Positions 60,522-64,000 of a stretch of 64,000 bases of DNA are shown one piece after another. The DNA is from Bispira polyomma (lineage: Eukaryota). Position numbers and translations under genes: made by a program. Where the stretch lies: contig OZ287749.1 of NCBI GenBank assembly GCA_965649765.1, positions 76,322,001 to 76,386,000 of the forward strand. Reading direction: 5' to 3'. How positions within the stretch are numbered: position 1 is the stretch's first letter; each line of letters starts with the position of its first letter. The notes beneath the pieces were generated by a model, which saw only the letters and a program-made list of their open reading frames with translations, was not told the DNA's origin and did no database searches.

Positions 60522-63500
60522 TTATAACATCTTTTCAGTGCCTTCCTTCCCTGCAATCCTCACACCAAGCATTCCTTTATTCTTTAACATTTTTAGAATA
60601 TCCACTCTCTTCTCCCATTCAGGCATTCCATCTCTCATCTCTTCATGGATGATGACATCAATGCATTCATCAAAGGACTTGGAGACATCTCTGCCAGATA
60701 TTTCATTTATAGTGGCCATGTTCTGCATGGCTTTCTCTATGTTATGCTTCACATTTTCCTCCGTTGCACCAGACTTCCCTGCCAAAGCTTCCAGCAACAC
60801 ACCAACCTGCATCTTCTGATCAACGTCAAACTCCTTTGGTAATTCTGAAAACTTCTTGGTCTGCTTTTCCATCCTTATGAAAATTTGAAAAGCTCTGTTG
60901 AAGTGTTGATCCCAGTAACATTTCCCTGGACATACAGTGCAATATCCATCCGTCATCGCACAACATCCATGTTTTGCATCATCATCCACCACTGCACAAT
61001 TGGCATGACATGTGACAAAACAGACGGAGCAATTGGTGACTTGTTCTCCACAGTATGGCAACTCTCTCTTGACCTTGACAGGTTTACAAATTTCATATGT
61101 AAAATCAGGTACCTCACAGATAACTTGCTTTTCATTCACTTTCTCCGTGATCATATCCTTCTCTTGATGCATCACCTGGAGCCTTTGGCAACCCATTCGG
61201 ATTAAGGTATTCAGTTGCCTTAGTCCTTCGGTTGCCCTTTCTCTTCTTTCCAAATTTTCCGCAGATATGTGTGCACTGAAGGGTTGAGCAGACTCCACCA
61301 TACCAGACAAGTCATCGAGGCCGTCTTGGCTGCAGGACCATGACTCTTTCAAATTTTTCTGGAACTTATCAGCATTGCTATATGGATTCGCTTGTTGTTT
61401 GTTGAATACTAGCATGTTGTTAAAGGACATGATCCTTTCATTGGGTAATCCTGCTTCATCAATGGCATCTACCACAGGCCATTTTTCGTCATCCTTAGCA
61501 AATGTAATCAAATTAGTGATACTGTTGTCAATATTCCTCCCATAAACATTCACAAGCTCTTGATATATGCGCTTGTATGCTGCTGGAACATGCTGTAAAT
61601 GGGCTTGGTAAACAAACCACACCCCACTAAAGGAATCTATCTCATGTGCAACAGGATTCTTCATAAATTTCTTCAAGCTGCTGATAACATCGTCATCAGC
61701 TTTATTCTGCCTGACTGTACTAAATCCAGGAACATCTACAAGATTGACGGCAAATGGCATTGCTGTGTCAGATGTAGAAGGGATGGTATAGACATTGAGC
61801 CATTTGGAACCATTTTGATTTAAGCCTTCATCTGGATCTGTGATTCTCAATGTAAACTTATCGTTCCACTTGACACCCAGTGCATGGTTGGCCATACAGT
61901 CGATCATGGTGCTCTTACCACAATCTCTTGCACCAATCAGAAGTATACTCTTCTGTGGATCTGTTTTAGAAGGTTTCCCTGAAAATAGATCAAATAAAGT
62001 ACTCATTTAAATAAAATGTTGTTGTCTTTTTAAAAGTAATCTTCAGTGGCTATTTGTCATTCCACAAGCATGTGTATGTGGTTCACTTACCATATGTTAA
62101 TGCAAACTAACCAGGTACATCATGAACTGAACCGGTATCGTATGATCCAATATTTATTTCTTATTTCTTAGATAATGTCTTTCGTTACTATATTTAAGAC
62201 AATTTTCGACATTTTAAGTTCATTTTGTTTATCTAATCTTGGTATTTTTACATAAAATCTTAAAATGGCATAACTTCAATCACCGAATCATTCCTATGTT
62301 GCTTTATTGTAAATATAATTCAAGTCAAGGGATTGCATAGTTATTTTTAGCAATATATAAGTGGTCATGGTAGAATTCAGATAACCCACTACTTGTGCTA
62401 CAATGTTTTAAAATAACTGCATTGCACTTTTGTTAACTAATATATAATTACTAAACAAGTAAGTGGGGTTATGGACATAATGAGAAGGTCAAGCTTTACC
62501 TAACACATATTTTCTTGCACCAAGACCTACATCTTCCCATACTTTTACAAGCGGCAGTCGCACAATGCAACGACTATTGGACTTGTAGTTTGAGGCCTTT
62601 GTCACAATTTCCTTTCCAGTTACAGCTTTCTCCTATAAGAATAAAGAAGTACTTGAATTAAAAATGAATTACTGTCTGTATAGAATATATGGATGGAGTC
62701 AGCTGATGTAGTGCTTTCTGTTTGATGGACTTTATAGAGTTGTTAACCCTGGGCCTTTTATCTTTTACTAAAATAGTGACCTCGTGCTGCTGTTGTATAA
62801 TGCAGGTTTATTCATACGACATGTTGTGCCATAATCAGATTGTATTTACTATCGTTCAAATAGTCAAACTACACATAATAGGTGTTTAGCCCCCTTTTTG
62901 ATTCACTACATGACTTCAAATAGTCAAACCACACATAATAGGTGTTTAGCCCCCTTTTTTGATTCACTACATGACTTCAAATAGTCAAACTACACATAAT
63001 AGGTGTTTAGCCCCCTTTTGATTCACTACATGACTTAAAATAGTCAAACTACACAAAATAGGTGTTTAGCCCCTTTTTTGATTCACTACATGACTTCAAA
63101 TAGTCAAACCACACATAATAGGTGTTTAGCCCCCTTTTTTGATTCACTACATGACTTCAAATAGTCAAACTGCACATATTAGGTGTTTAGCCCCCTTTTT
63201 GATTCACTACATGACTTAAAATAGTCAAACTACACATAATAGGTGTTTAGCCCCCTTTTTGATTCACTACATGACTTAAAATAGTCAAACTGCACATATT
63301 AGGTGTTTAGTCCCCTTTTTGATTTACTGCATGACTTAAAATAGTCAAACTACACATAATAGTTGTTTAGCCCCCTTTTTGATTCACTACATGAATTAAA
63401 ATAGTCAAACTGCACATATTAGGTGTTTAGCCCCCTTTTTGATTCACTACATAACCTAAAATGGTTGAATATGACATGAAAACTCAAACAATCCAAAATT

Positions 63501-63664
63501 CAACTTACACCAGCCCTAAGTTCTCTCACTGTTTTCATGTAGTTGGTCACTTTCTCATTACAGCACTTGTCCACCATATCTATCCAGTTGGTGTCCATCT
63601 CGGTGTTCTCTTTTACCTTCTTACTGCCCACCCATTGTGGTACAATCTTCAGGGGATCATACAT
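60522..63664 (-). CDS. Septin/AIG1-like P-loop GTPase with C-terminal Cys-rich module, paralogue B (at least 581 aa)
   Basis: Exons 63509-63664, 62500-62632, 60522-61978 (phases 0, 1); last exon 1457 nt as in paralogue A; G1 GARDCGKST, G3 DVPG; same Cys-rich module. Confidence 0.85.
62855..63460. repeat. Minisatellite, unit 60-61 bp, about 10 copies, in an intron of GTPase B
   Basis: AAATAGTCAAACTACACATAATAGGTGTTTAGCCCCCTTTTTGATTCACTACATGACTT repeated with few substitutions. Confidence 0.95.
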
Positions 63665-64000
63665 GGCTGTGGGAAAACACAAAACATACTGGATGTTATA
63701 CTAAGGCCAAAGACACAGTTTCGTGGGTGGGAAACTTCTGCCATCAACATGTCAATTATACCGTTGCTGCAATATATCACAGTGACAGAAGTCATATGTG
63801 ATTTGTTGTTATATTTATATATTTGTAAATATGGAGCTTAACCTACAAAAATAACGTCCGATTAATCGTTTTTGGAGACCAATCATTCCATCATTTGTAA
63901 AAATAAAATGGTGGCTTACAAAGCCTGCAACCCATCAAACACAGTTGCTTATTATTAATATAGATACTAATGAGCAATAAATTCACAAACATATGGTCTC

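Noticed and set aside
61979-62006. MSTLFDLFS as the N-terminus of an intronless GTPase B
   Set aside because: The sequence is a canonical acceptor (ctattttcag|), matched by paralogue A, and two homologous upstream exons exist.
62855-63460. Regular 60-bp array as a CRISPR array
   Set aside because: No unique spacers, eukaryotic intron, no cas genes; it is a minisatellite.

Overview
AT-rich, intron-containing animal genomic DNA; the repeat types suggest a lophotrochozoan invertebrate such as a mollusc or annelid (inference). (1) At 0.9-17.8 kb, a minus-strand gene of at least 13 exons, reconstructed by hand with phase-consistent GT/AG junctions, encodes a secreted mosaic protein: signal peptide, K/S/H-rich basic tail, SUEL (galactose/rhamnose) lectin, Cys-rich linker, VWD (GDPH)-C8-TIL-TILa, a three-finger-like module and TSP1. 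(2) Three intronless paralogues (25, 27.5 and 40.6 kb; orientation minus/plus/minus, produced by inverted duplications) encode secreted 10-Cys Ly6/three-finger (Quiver-like) proteins with a 78-87 aa Gly/Tyr/Gln/Lys-rich insert and no GPI tail. Together with gene 1 they form a candidate adhesive/mucus/structural secretory cluster. (3) Two tandem paralogous multi-exon septin/AIG1-like P-loop GTPases with a Cys-rich C-terminal module lie at 52-64 kb. (4) There are many transposons: a solo LTR, a miniature LTR element whose LTRs carry a tRNA-like sequence, a degenerate DIRS/Ngaro-type tyrosine-recombinase retroelement, a full-length PIF/Harbinger element plus a deleted derivative, an IS3EU-like MITE, Tc1/pogo-type MITEs, L2/CR1 remnants, tRNA-SINEs with TSDs and several minisatellites.
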